DNA of 64,000 nt from Schmidtea nova (GCA_044892505.1 CM097883.1:391592001-391656000); one strand, 5' to 3'; positions 1-31,625 are shown, counted from the stretch's first letter. Numbers and translations: made by a program. The notes: generated by a model not told the origin, from the sequence alone.

Positions 1-248
1 ACTTATCTTCGTTCACAAATGAAAGAAACCAAATTAAATGCCGTTTCAATTATGCACATCGAACACGACGTTTTAGAGAAAATTGAGTTTGAAGACATAA
101 TTAATAAATTTGTAAATCAAAAAATTAGAAAGAAAATATAAATAAATTAAACTCTTTAAATAATACAATGTGCTTTTTATTTCAATTCAAATTACACTAA
201 AATTCATATAAAGTGCCTAGGGGCGGCACTTTCTTAAATCCGCCGCTG
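1..248 (+). mobile_element. 3' end of a hAT DNA transposon (C-terminal dimerisation-domain fragment plus right terminus), truncated by window start
   Basis: 1-141 translates TYLRSQMKETKLNAVSIMHIEHDVLEKIEFEDIINKFVNQKIRKKI*, the typical hAT/ZMYM1-like C-terminus; terminus aaatccgccgctg at 236-248 (reverse complement CAGCGGCGGATTT). Confidence 0.75.
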
Positions 249-720
249 GTTGGGTATATTAACCTTTGGTGTTGGGCAAAAACTGGAACTTGTTTTACTA
301 AAGTGGTAACAAGGCATGAAGAGAGGGCGCAAGAAGTGAATTAAATCTGTCAAAAAGAACATTAAATAAACAAATTATAAACAGAACACATAAAAAATTA
401 AATAAAACACGTTGAAAAAATTTAATGCAGAAAAAATTTACAAATTAAGGAAAATTTACATATTTCCGCAAAAATAATTTTGATTTTCATCTTAAAAACT
501 CGTAAAATACAAAAGAAATTTATTTAAAAAGAAATTTATCGAATTTCTGTAAATAAGTAAAAACTTTAATTTAGAGTAAAAATTTTGGTATAAAATTAAT
601 TTATTTAAATTTTTATAAAATTTGACGTAAAATAATAATTATTTTTTAATAAAATCGTCAAATTAAATTTTGGAAAAATCTAAAATCTGACCTAGAAAAT
701 TTTTTAAAAAGCTCAAATTT

Positions 721-1640
721 CAATGACACAAACTTTATTGTTTAATACAATGAACTACACGACTCAAGATATCACGATCAATCCAATACCTCTTTCAACA
801 ATTATACGAGCTTATTATGACACTTCGTGAAGAATAGCTGAATTGTATAATGTCTAAAACAACAGCTACTAACCATTGACTTGGATTAAATATTGGTGAT
901 TGACTTAGATTGTTTCAACGCTTTGACTTTGTTCCTTCTTTATATTCTTTAGCCTTTAGATTCTCGTCTGCTTGACTTTCTCTGTATCTTTTCGTTTATC
1001 AAATTTCTCCCTCTAATATTTCACTTCTCTTCTTAATTTCACCTTTGTTCAAGTTTCAATTTCTTCTTTATCAACTTCAATTTATCCACACAAATTATTC
1101 AATTAATTCTGCTCCCGCTGTCTCTCTCTCACAACTTCTATTCACAATATTCTGTTTCAGCACTTCTCTCTAAAAGTGTATCTCCTTCCCTTTTTATAGC
1201 TCATCAAATTTTATGGCACTTGAGATAATTTTGCCTTTTTCCATTTTGATTCCCGGACATCTCGTGTTTTTTTCCCTATTCCCGTTTTATCTATGATAGC
1301 TGTCTAGATAATCTCAGATTTTCCTTTTTCTTTTTTAGGCTGACTTTTCTCCGCATTTCTGTTATCTGACAAGTAGTCAGGATTTTTACCTTCCTACTTC
1401 TTTTTGTTTTCATTTTGCAAATTCCTTTCACGTTTCTGTACTTATTAATTAGGAATGACCTTTGTTTTTGCTTTCTTGTTTGATCTTTTTTGTCTGTTTC
1501 CAACTTCTCATTTTCCAAGTTTTGATTGTGTCTTTTTCTTCTCCGGACTCCAAAAGATCACATTATTTATCCAATCAATTTTTCCCCAAGTAATTTTATT
1601 GATTATATTTTATTTTGTATTTAAGGTATCCTCAATATAT
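721..1640 (-). repeat. Copy of an unclassified dispersed repeat family (also at 11358-12160, 16500-16680, 39570-40330)
   Basis: Reverse complement shares gaagtgtc(a/g)taataag, aataaagtttgtg, a GA-rich tract and the ttgaggatacct end with the copy at 39570-40330. Boundaries approximate. Confidence 0.6.
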
Positions 1641-2750
1641 CTATATCTATATATATATATATATATATATACAGTCCCGTGCAAATTAATCCGGCTAAAT
1701 AAAATTAAATATATCGCCATACAGAATCGTAAAAAACTAGAATTTGCCACTTCCTAAGAAATTTACAAATCTTGCGGAGCATTCGTGGTTTACTAGCACT
1801 CCTATTCAGGAACCTGTTTGTTAAAAACTACGAATTTGTCAATCCAAGAGAACCGCTACTAAAAACCTGATCAAGATCGAGATTTTCCGACCTTTTGAAT
1901 AATTCACAATTTAAAAGTTAATATAATGTTGTTTGGCAGGTGCTGGATTTTCGATCATGCTCTAATCGTCCCATACCAGGTATTTTATATTTTTCTTATA
2001 CATATTGTTAATGCTTATATCAATTAATTTATTGAAAATTTATTATCATTTAATATTATTAAAATTTTTGAATTTTATTTGTATTTTACTCTGAATTTAG
2101 TAATTTATTGTTATTATAGGACACTAAAATTTTAACCCCAGTAATCCCTATTCATTTTTCATTTGTGAAAAATTATGTCACATAAACCTATACTACCTAA
2201 AATTATTATTATTATTATTATTATTAAGAATAATTTATTTTTAATTTTCTATTTTTAATTAATTCGATTTCCATTCATTCTGATTTCAGCATAGTACTAT
2301 GTGGCTAAGTAGCTTAGGTGGATCGCTGTTCTATTGAAGTCATTCAGCCGGCCAGCCCATATTTATATCTGAGGTGACGTCCATAAATCTATGATCCCTT
2401 CATCCTATACATTAATGTATAGCGAGCAATATCTTGGTCAAGGGCAAGGTATTTACAAAAAAATGTTATGTCCAGAATCTTATTGAATTATATTTGTAAT
2501 TTCGTAATTGATTCGAAGACAAAAAAATTTAAATTATTATTTTTATTACAGTATTTTATTTGAATTTATAATATTGCGTATTAAATTGACTTGCTTATTT
2601 TCAGGTTTCGTTTCAAAATCTTCATGTTGATTTTGTTCTTCAGAAAATTTGCATATTATCTGTCAATACTTTTTGGCCAACATTCATTGTAAAATACTAC
2701 ATAATTTATATTGGTTCAAATCTATGAGTACATCCCTGTATTTATAATTA

Positions 2751-2959
2751 GGGGCATTTAAAAATTACGAAAAAAATAAGCATTATTCAAAAATTGAGAA
2801 AAAAATGCATTATTTAAAATTACGAAAAAAAATTACATAAATTAGTTAACGCGAAAATTTTATGCAATAAGTTAAAAAAATTTCGCGTTTACTAATTTAT
2901 GAAATTTTTTTTCTTAATTTTAAATAATGCTTATTTTTTTCGTAATTTTTAAATGCCCC
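2751..2959. mobile_element. MITE with perfect 37-bp terminal inverted repeats
   Basis: ggggcatttaaaaattacgaaaaaaataagcattatt at 2751 and its exact reverse complement ending 2959; the GGGG..ATTACG end resembles the terminus at 46985-47009. TSD not clean. Confidence 0.8.
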
Positions 2960-2962
2960 AAA

Positions 2963-3895
2963 GAATAATTGAGGAATCCTTTGACATTCTAATCAAAGCC
3001 GGAATTGAAAAATGGGCTAATTCAATTTTTCCAATAAGACAGCGGTTCCCAAAGTTTTTTCACCACGGCACCCTTTTTTATTTTTCAAATTTTTGACGGA
3101 ACCCTAGATTGTTCGCGCAATGCAAATGTTGCCAGATCTAGTTTTTATATAGTGAATGAAATGGAATTGGCACATATGAAATAGAATGGAAATGCATTTT
3201 TGAAGACAATATCAATGGAATTGAAAAAGAAAGTTAAATTGGATCTAATAAAATCGAGAATTATTTATTAATCTTTTTTATAAATCTTTTTTTTATAAAT
3301 TATTTATTTACAAAAAGTTCGCGGAACCCCTGCTATCAGTACACGGAACCCCGGGGTTACGTGGAACCCACTTTGAGAAACGCTGCAATAAGAAGATATG
3401 GAAAACACACTTCAAATGCAGCTGAATCGATGAATTCTGCAATAAAGAAGTTTATAGATATGGATATATTTAATTTCATAATTTACATAAACAATTACAC
3501 TTTGAAAATGATGAATTTGAGAAGAAACGAAGTTTTAATAGGAAGAATAACCAAGGTAGCTGAATCGAAACTGAAGAAAAATTTAGACAAAGGAAAAATA
3601 CTTAGTTTGAAAAGATCTAATAAATATATCTTTCTTGTTGATGATAAGTGCCTAGTGAACATTCGAGATAAAAGTTACGATTGCAAAGAATATTTTCATT
3701 TAGGAATTCCTTGCTCTCATATTTGCTCAGTTATCTACTTTCTCAGATTATATTTATATAGTTTTGTTTCTGAAAATTTGGCAATCGTATGAAACTAGCA
3801 TTCTTCCTTTAAGTGCGAAAATCTGACGAAAGATAATGTTCAGCACCTAGAGATAAAAGAGGACGTGGAAGACCAAAAATCAAGCGCTTAAGTGC
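2963..3895 (+). pseudogene. Mutator/MULE transposase C-terminal fragment with SWIM zinc finger, interrupted by a hAT MITE
   Basis: Removing the MITE gives IEESFDILIKAGIEKWANSIFPIRRYGKHTSNAAESMNS...DCKEYFHLGIPCSH... and downstream KRGRGRPKIKR; the TSNxAESxN and GIPCSH motifs are MULE-type. Confidence 0.75.
3040..3385. mobile_element. hAT-type MITE
   Basis: Ends cagcggttcccaaa / tttgagaaacgctg; perfect 8-bp TSD caataaga at 3032-3039 and 3386-3393. Confidence 0.9.
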
Positions 3896-6048
3896 ATTCT
3901 GAAATTAAATTTTCTTTTAATATATTTTTACATGTCTAATTTATGAAATTCGTGTTTACTAATTAATGAATAAAATTTTCGCGTTTACTAATTAATGCAA
4001 TTTTTTTCGCAATTTTTAAATAATGCTTATTTTTTCGTAATTTTTAAATTTCTCTTATAATTATTATAATTCTATAAATACCATATTTTTGAAAATATAA
4101 TTCAAATGTTGTGAAATATAAATTATAAAGGTAAGTTCAATATAAACCCACGGGTGAAAAACCCTAACAAGTTGTAAATAGAAGCAGGAAGCATCACATC
4201 ATATTTTTCAGATTGGGAAACTGTCGGATAATGGATTTATCACACAAAATAAAATATATTCAATTACAATCACTTACTGTGACTGTTGAAATTCGATAGA
4301 GATTTTAATTTAAATGAATTTACAAGAAAAATCAATTGTATTTATGAACCAGAAATATTTTCCCAGTTTGAGAGTGCTAATATTTATTTCATTTCGTGTT
4401 AATGTACTTAACAGTGGTAAAATAGTTATCGTTAGAATAAAAACTTTAGAATATCATGGTTTGGTTGATGAAATTGTAAACTACATGATATCCTATTTGA
4501 CAGGTGCAAATTTTTAAATTTTAGTATTAAAGAAATTTTAGTTTTTTATAAAAATAATATTAAAAGGATAATTTATTTGATTAATTTTTAATATAAATAA
4601 TATTATTAAGAATAATAATGATTATTTAATTTTTTTAGTGAATTATTATTTTTTTATAACATAATAAGTTATTTTAATAATTTTTTATTACTAATAACTG
4701 TAATTATTTTCAATGTTTTACTTTTAATTATTTATTGTTTTTTTAATTATATTTTATTGATTTATTTTAATTATTTTATTGTTTAACGAATGTGTTCTTT
4801 TACCAGCAAAAGTTTGAAGATTATTGAAAACAAAAAAATCTATTTCCAACTAAATAATGCTTCTTTCGGTAAAACATTAAACAAAAAATATTTCAAACCT
4901 TACAAGGCTTTACCCGATAAAACTATAAAATGTTGAAACGGTTGACAAAAATTGCAGTCAGAAAGATAATTGCTAATTTCATGTATAATTCTAATTGAAA
5001 TTTTAATAAAAAAACTAACTAAATTGGCAGTAACAATAACAATTATAAATTCCAATTATATTTCAATTTAGACAAAATGTATTTTCGATTTCCCGGGCTA
5101 CACTTGGTAATGTTTAAAATAAGACAAGTGGAATAAAAATGAAAGCGTTCCAGAGTGAATCAGCGATACAAACATACATAATTTTGTTCTTTATATTATT
5201 AGAAGATTATTATTTTCTTTCTTTAATTAATATTTATAGTAATCCATAATAAATAAAATACTATTTGGGAATTCCAGAGTCCAAATCATTTCTAAAATTA
5301 CCTGTCAGTTAAATAATTTTTTTATTTTTAAAGCCAAGGTCCTGAACCCAATATATATAATTTTATATTGTTTCTAAATTATAATTTCAAAAAATTTTGA
5401 AATACTATGATGAAAGCACTATGGATGCAGACAATCAGTTTTTAAAAAAATTATCGAACAATACCTTTATGGCGTCAGTTTACAAGGCAAAAATTCTTTC
5501 AAATACAATAGATTAATTCGAAATTGAATCCTGCGCCAACAAATTCAATGTCATCGTTGTTGAAATAAACAAAACTGAGCAATTACAATTTAAAAAACTA
5601 ATTATTAAAAAGATCAATTGAAAGATAATTTAGCTGAAACCAAGTGCGATTTGATTGGATAAGATGTTGATTCGGCAAGATGTTGATAAAAATGTTAGAT
5701 TAAGTTTGATGCTAGAGAAGGGTTGAAGTGTTCAACAATGTATTTAGATTTCAATAAATTTTCGGTTTGTAATGGAATTATTTGTTTAAATTTCTGTTTT
5801 CCGAATTTGTCGGTTTTTCTGTACAACTTTTACTCCTACGATTCCTATCGGCTTTTAATTAATATTTTTTTCACGAAATATTTTCCAATTGGGATACAGT
5901 TTTATTGACATAGAATTAAATCCAAACCATTTTTTCCTCTCTTTATCTCTAATTCTTAAAGTAATGGAATTAAAATGCTCTCGGTAAATAATAATAAAAA
6001 ACAAAGATAAAAATATTAAATGTATATTTAAAATAATTTATCTGACAT

Positions 6049-9000
6049 TCAAAGGCCGCACCGACTAGATCTTGGTCTAGAATAGGTATAGTCTTTAGAA
6101 CTCTGAGGTAGTCTTTCTGATTGAATTATTCTGTTATCTTTTTCCAGTTTAGAATTTTCGATTTGTTTCATATCATTTTCCATTCTTTCAACAGTTTTTT
6201 GCTCTTTTAACATTCTAACAGAAACCGATTCACCTTGCTCTTTCACACTGTAAAACATGTGACCTGAATCTGCAAGCCATCTGGCATCAACGAAGGTTAC
6301 AAAATTCATATACTCCTTTGTAGTCATCAGAAGTTCATGATATACTACATAATCTGCATTGAAAGCCATATTGTAAAGAGAACTGGTTGGATGTAAATGG
6401 CACACAACACCACTACGCAGGTTTACATATTCTCCTAGGCCTTTCCATCTAGCAGCTTGATTGAAATACGCTGAACAAATACAGCGTCTGATTTCATCGA
6501 AGTTTCTAGTTGAAAGTAAAGGCATTTTTGACTTGATCATTATTTCTTTCAGTTGTTGCCTCACTTCTCGCACCCGTTTCATTGACTTATAATGTATATA
6601 ATATTTCTTGCAAAAATTCGACGAGTACCCTGAATCGCGCCAAAGTCGGTAAACATTGAATAATGTTAAATGATCCGATTCGGCTACTTGGAATTTTTCG
6701 TGGGCAGCATCAGATTGCTCTCGGTAACCCATGGGCCTTGAAAATACGGATGGCACGCTAAGCATCGAGACGATTGTTAACATTTCTTCTGAACAACCAA
6801 TTTCGATAGATGTAATAAGCATTTTTGACAAAGATGGATCCAAAGGAAATTCTGACATATTTCTTCCAAATGTAGTCAAATTTCCGACATTGTCCAATGC
6901 ACCCAGCATCCATAAATGATACATAGAATTCAAAATATTATCCTGGGGTGGTGAATCCATAAATGGAAATTTCATTAAATCTTTTATGTTGAGGGACTTT
7001 AGAAGTAACACAACATTAGTCAAATTGGTTCGCTGAATTTCTGGAACGGTCATGGGTAGCATGTCTTCTTCGTATTGCTTTATAGTATAAAGCCTATAGC
7101 ATATGCCTGGTGCAGTTCTACCTGCTCTACCAGCCCTTTGATTAGCACTGGCTTGACTTATTGGATAGACTTGAAGTGAATCCATTCCCACCCGCGAATT
7201 ATAAACTTTCATCTTACAATATCCGTTATCAATTACGTATCTTATGCCATCAAGAGTAACTGAAGTTTCGGCAATATTTGTAGACACAATACAGCGTCTA
7301 AATCCAGATTTATTAGTTTTAAATATTTCTGATTGTTTTTCACTAGACAATTGAGAATATAATGGAACCACTATAAGTTGCGGTGGATTTTTATCCTTTA
7401 GATTTTCCAAAGTTTCAACAATTTTTTCACAAGTCACTTCAACGTCTTCTTGACCGCTCATAAAAATTAAAATATCACCATTATTAACATCGGAACCTAA
7501 ATGGGTATCAACGGCTTTATTAACTGCCTTTGCAACAGGATCAAGAACACTGGATTTTTCATACATAACATTAACTGGAAAAGTTCTGCCCGGTATTCTA
7601 AATATTTCACACTTTCCAAAAAACCTAGAGAATTTGTCTGCATCCATTGTAGCAGAAGTTACTATAAGACGCAAATCGGATCTTCTTTGTATGATTTCTC
7701 TTAACAACCCAAATAAGATATCAGTATTCAGAGTCCTTTCATGAGCCTCGTCCATTATTATGACAGAATATGTATCAAGATCTTTATCACGAAGACTTTC
7801 TCGGAGTAAGATACCATCCGTCATGTATTTAATTACTGTATTGTCGCCTTTACAATCTTCAAATCTAATGGAGTATCCAACTCTCTCACCCAATTTAGTC
7901 CCAACTTCATCCGCGACTCTCTTTGCTACAGACACAGCAGCCACTCTTCTAGGCTGTGTACAACCAATAACCCCACGCCGATGAAAATTTTCTTCAAGCA
8001 AATACTGAGTTAATTGAGTCGTTTTACCACTACCTGTTTCTCCAACAATAATTATTACTTGATTTTCTCTAATGATACGCATTAAATCTCGCCTAACTTT
8101 GAATATTGGAAGACGTTTCCTTTGTTCATCAATGGTCAACTTTTCTTCGCAATCCATTTCCTCATTATCCGTAATTTTGTCACAAAATTTCATCGAATCT
8201 TTGAAATTTATTTCATTCCAATTATCTTCTTTATCTTTTGTTTCTAGACCCATGATTTTACCGTAATTAGTGCCTGTCATGTCCAACCCTCGCTTTTGAA
8301 GTTTTAGTTTTTCTTTGACATCTCTATAAGCAGAAACCACCTGACTACCATTTTTTGCTATTTTAGCCATATCGGAATTTTCATCTTTCACCGGTATTAC
8401 GGGCTCAAATTGTTTTGTAAAGATTATTCGACCATCTAAAAAAGGAGGTAGGATATTATGAACGTGTAAATGTATTCTGTCTTCTCCTGTATCCTCATTA
8501 TCAATGTGAATATCAAATTTCTTTCTAACAGCTGCACCAGAAGAAATTATTTTTCCTTCTTCCCAAGCTCTGTTGCTTTCTTCATATTGCTGTGCTCTGG
8601 CAGTTTTTCTGGATTTTGCTACATTTGATTGGTTTTGTAGCTGTTTCTTTTTTTTCTTTTCTAAGTTATCGTCTGAAAATTCTGCAAACGGATTATAATC
8701 CATTCCGTCATTTAAATACCATTCAATATCTAGTTCTTCCTCTTTTGGAGACCATTTAGCTTCAGATCTTACCGATTGATCAAAGTTACTATTTACACTG
8801 CCGGATCTTTTAAATAAATCGTCATCAACATCCCAAGTACAAGCTGAAGGCGTTTTTATAGATGAATTGATTCTCGGTGTTCTTATTTCCGAAACTTCTC
8901 TTTTAGAATCATGATATGAACTTGAAGGAGTCGGTTCTTCCCACTGCTTATGTCGGTCAATCTCATTATGTTTAGGCAATTTCAATTTAGAATCTTCTGA

Positions 9001-9147
9001 TTTCCCATATTTTCGTTTCAATTCTCGTTGCTTCCTTTCATCTTCACGTTTTTTATATTCAACTTCTACAAGTTTATCATTTATTGGAGTTGGATAGTCA
9101 TGCGATCGGTAATTGCGCTTTTTAGTGATTGGTATTTTAAAATTCAT
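6049..9147 (-). CDS. PRP16: Pre-mRNA splicing factor ATP-dependent DEAH-box RNA helicase PRP16 (DHX38), single exon, 1032 aa
   Basis: Motifs GETGSGKT, IIMDEAHER, TSAT, STNIAETS, QRAGRAGR, followed by HA2/OB regions. The N-terminal FTKQFEPVIPVKD...AKNGSQVV block and RRSDLRLIVTSATMDA match PRP16 rather than PRP2/22/43. Confidence 0.93.
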   Translation of the reverse strand: MNFKIPITKKRNYRSHDYPTPINDKLVEVEYKKREDERKQRELKRKYGKSEDSKLKLPKHNEIDRHKQWEEPTPSSSYHDSKREVSEIRTPRINSSIKTPSACTWDVDDDLFKRSGSVNSNFDQSVRSEAKWSPKEEELDIEWYLNDGMDYNPFAEFSDDNLEKKKKKQLQNQSNVAKSRKTARAQQYEESNRAWEEGKIISSGAAVRKKFDIHIDNEDTGEDRIHLHVHNILPPFLDGRIIFTKQFEPVIPVKDENSDMAKIAKNGSQVVSAYRDVKEKLKLQKRGLDMTGTNYGKIMGLETKDKEDNWNEINFKDSMKFCDKITDNEEMDCEEKLTIDEQRKRLPIFKVRRDLMRIIRENQVIIIVGETGSGKTTQLTQYLLEENFHRRGVIGCTQPRRVAAVSVAKRVADEVGTKLGERVGYSIRFEDCKGDNTVIKYMTDGILLRESLRDKDLDTYSVIIMDEAHERTLNTDILFGLLREIIQRRSDLRLIVTSATMDADKFSRFFGKCEIFRIPGRTFPVNVMYEKSSVLDPVAKAVNKAVDTHLGSDVNNGDILIFMSGQEDVEVTCEKIVETLENLKDKNPPQLIVVPLYSQLSSEKQSEIFKTNKSGFRRCIVSTNIAETSVTLDGIRYVIDNGYCKMKVYNSRVGMDSLQVYPISQASANQRAGRAGRTAPGICYRLYTIKQYEEDMLPMTVPEIQRTNLTNVVLLLKSLNIKDLMKFPFMDSPPQDNILNSMYHLWMLGALDNVGNLTTFGRNMSEFPLDPSLSKMLITSIEIGCSEEMLTIVSMLSVPSVFSRPMGYREQSDAAHEKFQVAESDHLTLFNVYRLWRDSGYSSNFCKKYYIHYKSMKRVREVRQQLKEIMIKSKMPLLSTRNFDEIRRCICSAYFNQAARWKGLGEYVNLRSGVVCHLHPTSSLYNMAFNADYVVYHELLMTTKEYMNFVTFVDARWLADSGHMFYSVKEQGESVSVRMLKEQKTVERMENDMKQIENSKLEKDNRIIQSERLPQSSKDYTYSRPRSSRCGL

Positions 9148-9482
9148 AAAATTTTAATTAAATAATTTAAATTTAAATTTACAAACAAATTATTCGTAAT
9201 AAAATGTCAATCATTTTAAAATTTGTATTAAAATTTATGAAAAATTTTATTTTGTAATAAAACTTTGAATTTAAAATTAAAAAACAATAATTTTAAAATT
9301 CAGCAATCTTTATAACTATTTATAATTTTTTTGTAAATTTGTTATTTCTAATTTTTTATTTAATAAATAAATAAACTTTTTGTATGTTTAAAAATAAATA
9401 TCAGCATTCGGCTGTTTTACTGAAATATTTTACATTAATTTTTTGATGTAATATTTAAAAGGATTTTTTTAATCACTTATAT

Positions 9483-9856
9483 CAGGCATGTCAAACTCAT
9501 TTCGGTATACGGACCAAATTATTCGAAAATTGTATTCAAAATCCTTTAGTAGGCCACACCTACTTAGTTTTGTTAAAAATACAAATATTGAGTGTTAATT
9601 GAATATAAATACCATAAAGAAAACAAAAAAAATAGAAAGAGTATAAATCATTTTTTGCTTGATATAATGCACCGCTTCTCATTATTCAAATCTTCAAAAT
9701 TTGGTATTAGACTTTGGCTAGATTTAATTTTTAATATCGAACCTAAATTTTCTTCAGTCAATCTGGTTCGCTGCGCAATTTTAGCCATTTTTATTTGTGA
9801 AAAATCTGTTGTGGGCCGCAAAAATATTGTGGAGGGCCACGAGTTTGACATGCCTG
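9483..9856. mobile_element. hAT-type MITE
   Basis: Perfect TIRs caggcatgtcaaactc / gagtttgacatgcctg; flanks acttatat vs gtttatat (6/8 TSD). Confidence 0.85.
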
Positions 9857-10680
9857 GTTTATATATATATTTTATATGAAAACTTTGTAAAATGGAGTAA
9901 ATAACTATTTATTTCAAAACCAATATAAAAATTCTTGAAAACTGAACACATACATATTAAATAACAAAAGCGAAATTCCAAGGCATGTCGAGAATATCCA
10001 AGAAATTAAGAGACTCAAGTAAGTTATCTGCAATGGAGTTTGTCCTAAATTTCTGAATAATAATGACGAGTCATTTTCCTCGAACAAAATCAAGTTAATT
10101 TGAGTTTCCCTAACAACCTTTGAATTATGAATAATATCTGTAGTGTACGCAATCTAATTTAGTTTTGCGTTTATTATCGATTAGGATAATTTCGTATGGT
10201 TTAGGTCATTTTTAATTTCAAGTTCCAACATGTGGAGTCCCACCCCTTTTAAACGTTGTGTTTGTAATATTTTTTTTAATAATTATAATGAAAATTTAAA
10301 TTGTTGAAATAAATCAATTCCTATAGTTAAGGGAAAACTATAGGAATTGACAAAAAATAATTGGCACTTGTACACAATTCCCCCCACATTAGATATTATC
10401 TTCATTATCTTTAATTAAATAAAAGTTCTTTTTTAAGTTTGATTTGTTATTAATACACTTACAAGCACGCACGCACACTTACATCCACTTATATAACATT
10501 CATCCTAACAGTCCCGACACAATTTTTACAGGAGAATCTTCAACAACATACAAATACATACAACATCATTAATTATAAGCCAAAAAATTAATACCAATTA
10601 AACAACCAATTTTAATTTAATTCTATTTTTAAAAGGTACATTAGTACCGCAATAGGACAGTTTCTTTCGGAATGTGGAAG

Positions 10681-10833
10681 NNNNNNNNNNNNNNNNNNNN
10701 NNNNNNNNNNNNNNNNNNNNNNNNNNNNNNNNNNNNNNNNNNNNNNNNNNNNNNNNNNNNNNNNNNNNNNNNNNNNNNNNNNNNNNNNNNNNNNNNNNNN
10801 NNNNNNNNNNNNNNNNNNNNNNNNNNNNNNNNN
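10681..10833. other. Assembly gap (153 N)
   Basis: Run of N characters. Confidence 1.
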
Positions 10834-11357
10834 ATGGTTATTTCTATCATCATTCCTATTATAAATATAACTAATAGTATTATTATGGTTATCATTAGTG
10901 TTGAGGATACATAAATAATAAATTAAATATTGGAACAAATAAATAAAATGATTGAGGGAAAATGAACAGCATAAATTATGTGATGTTAAAAAATACGAAA
11001 AAAAGATTTTTGAAAGACAAAACTTAAAAAACGAAAAAATGGCAAGGAAACAAAGGAAATCGAATAAATTACACAGAAAGGTCATTCCTAATTAAAAAGT
11101 ATAAAAAGGCAAAAGGGAATTTTGAAATAAAAAAAGAAAAAATTATATATTGAGAGCCTGCCAGAGATATCGGAATGATAGGGAAAAAAGTCAGAACAAC
11201 ATAAAGGAAAATAGGGCATATCTTGTCAGTAGTCAGAGATAAGACGAGACTAGTGGAAGAAGGCAAAAATAAAAGTTGAAAAACAAATTTGTTTTTCAAG
11301 TACCACAAAATTTTACGTTATATAAAAGCAGAAGTCATCGCAGTAGAAAAGAAGGTA

Positions 11358-12160
11358 TTTTATGACAAGAATTTGTGACAGAAATCTATTGAGAAACTTA
11401 TCGAGAGGAATTTGTAGAGAAATTTATTGAGAAATTGATTATTGAGAAATTTTTTGAGGAAAGTTTATTGACTCAAATTTTAAGTCAAAGCAAAGAAACC
11501 AATTCGTTGGTTACCGATTGTTAAATCTAAATCAGTAGCTAGTGGTTGTTAGATGGATATTATACACAAGTGTTATTCTTCAAATAAGTGTCGTAATAAT
11601 CACTGTATAATTATCTCATATTATTGATTGATTGTACCAATGTAAATGAAAAAGGCAAATTATCCCGAGTGCCAAGCTCTCATGAGTTACAAGAAAGTTG
11701 GAAAAAAGAAAATGGAACATGCCAGAGGCAGGAATGGGAAATAACGAATTATCATGAGTGCCGGAGTTTGGCGAGCTATAAAAGGCAAAGCCATCAGTTT
11801 TATGACAGATGTTTATGGCAAGAATTTATGAGAGAAATTTATTGACAAATTTGTTGAGAAACTTATTGAGAGAAATGTATTGAGAAATTTGTTGAGAGAC
11901 ATTTTTTGGAGAATTTTGTGAGAGAAATCTATTGAGAAAATTATTGAAAAAAGTTTGTTGAGCTAAGTTTCAAGTCAGAACAAAGAAAGGAATTAGTTGG
12001 TTGCCCATTGTAAAATCTTAATCAGTAGCTAGTGATAGACGGAGATATTATACACGTGTGCTATTCTTCACATAAGTGTCGTAATAAGTACTGCGTAATT
12101 GTCTCATAATATTATTGGTTGTACCAGTGCAATTGTAAAAACCACCTGTGATATCAATAA
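11358..12160 (+). repeat. Two tandem copies of the dispersed repeat family
   Basis: ttttatgaca..gagaaatttattgagaaa..aagtcaaagcaaagaaa..aatcagtagctagtg..aagtgtcgtaata block at about 11358 and again at about 11797; partial third copy at 16500. Confidence 0.75.
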
Positions 12161-12627
12161 ATATTCATGTGGTTAATTGTTATTTTGTTGATCAATAAAA
12201 CACGCATTTTAAAGTCAGAGAATTGATCATTAACTTTTCAATTTCACCAACAACTTAATAACCAACAATTTTAAATATCACTATATGATATTTTCTAGAC
12301 TAAATTTAGCATGTATTTATTTATTTCTATTTCTTATTTATTTTCTTGCTCTCTCTTATTTTCACATTTTTCTTATTGTTTTGCTAGGTATTTTATATGT
12401 AAATTATGTATTTAATTCTAGCGTTTTTGTTTTATTTTAATTATGTGCTTATTGTTTTGATATTTTTGGGGAATTTATTGGACATTCATGTAAGAATTTC
12501 AATAACGTTTTTGCGCGTGTTTTGATTTAGAGCTCATCGAGTTATTAAAAACAAATTTCGAATGATTTTAGTTTTAGAGTATAAAATGATGATTCCTTGG
12601 TAGCAGCATTTAGTAATAAATAATAAA

Positions 12628-12772
12628 TAAATAGCAAAATAAGCCTGTGCTGCAAAATCTTATTATTAAGTGAAAATGTTCCATTATAAAATAATTATAC
12701 AAAAGGATTATTTTATAATTGAAAATTTTCACTTAATGTAAAATTTGCAGCAAAGGCTTATTTTGTTATTTA
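12628..12772. mobile_element. Imperfect fold-back element / MITE-like hairpin
   Basis: Nested inverted blocks caaaataagcc/ggcttattttg, tgctgcaaa/tttgcagca, attaagtgaaaat/attttcacttaat, attataaaataat/attattttataat. Confidence 0.65.
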
Positions 12773-13296
12773 ATTATGATTTTAGTTTTAGCTCAATAAT
12801 TGCGAAGGTACACAATATATCTAAAATATCGTATATCTAACAACCAAATAAATTTTTTAACATAAATTAATATGAAAATTATTGAGTTAAAAAAGAGATC
12901 AACGATGTTACCAAAAATTTAATTATGATAAGATTATCATTTTTAAATTTAAATAAAATGCTGTTAAGAAATTGACACTTTTAATAACAATTTAACACCA
13001 TTAAATTTTAAGGTCACACTGATAAATAAAATCCCATATGGAAGAAATTTTTTTATTTATTTAAAAAAAAATACGAAAGAATTGCTAAAATTGAGTTTTG
13101 ATTATTGAAAATTACGGCTGTAAAACAAAAACTGAATAACATTTCAATTTATTAAAATTTGATTTTCTTTTAATATACTAACGAAATTATAATTATAATA
13201 TTTATAAAATTATAAAAATTTAAATTATTATTTTTTTAAAAAAATATAAAGTGTAAATTTTTAAATCCTTTTTTTGACAATATTGGCAAAATCGAC

Positions 13297-31625
<18,329 letters not shown>

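Noticed and set aside
1940-2690. Three GT-AG-bounded exon-like pieces suggesting a gene
   Set aside because: No phase-consistent open frame; stops in all joins tried; no recognisable protein.
6731-8266. Four short plus-strand ORFs
   Set aside because: Antisense shadows of PRP16.
10612-11085. ORFs spanning the N run
   Set aside because: Artefacts of translating the gap.
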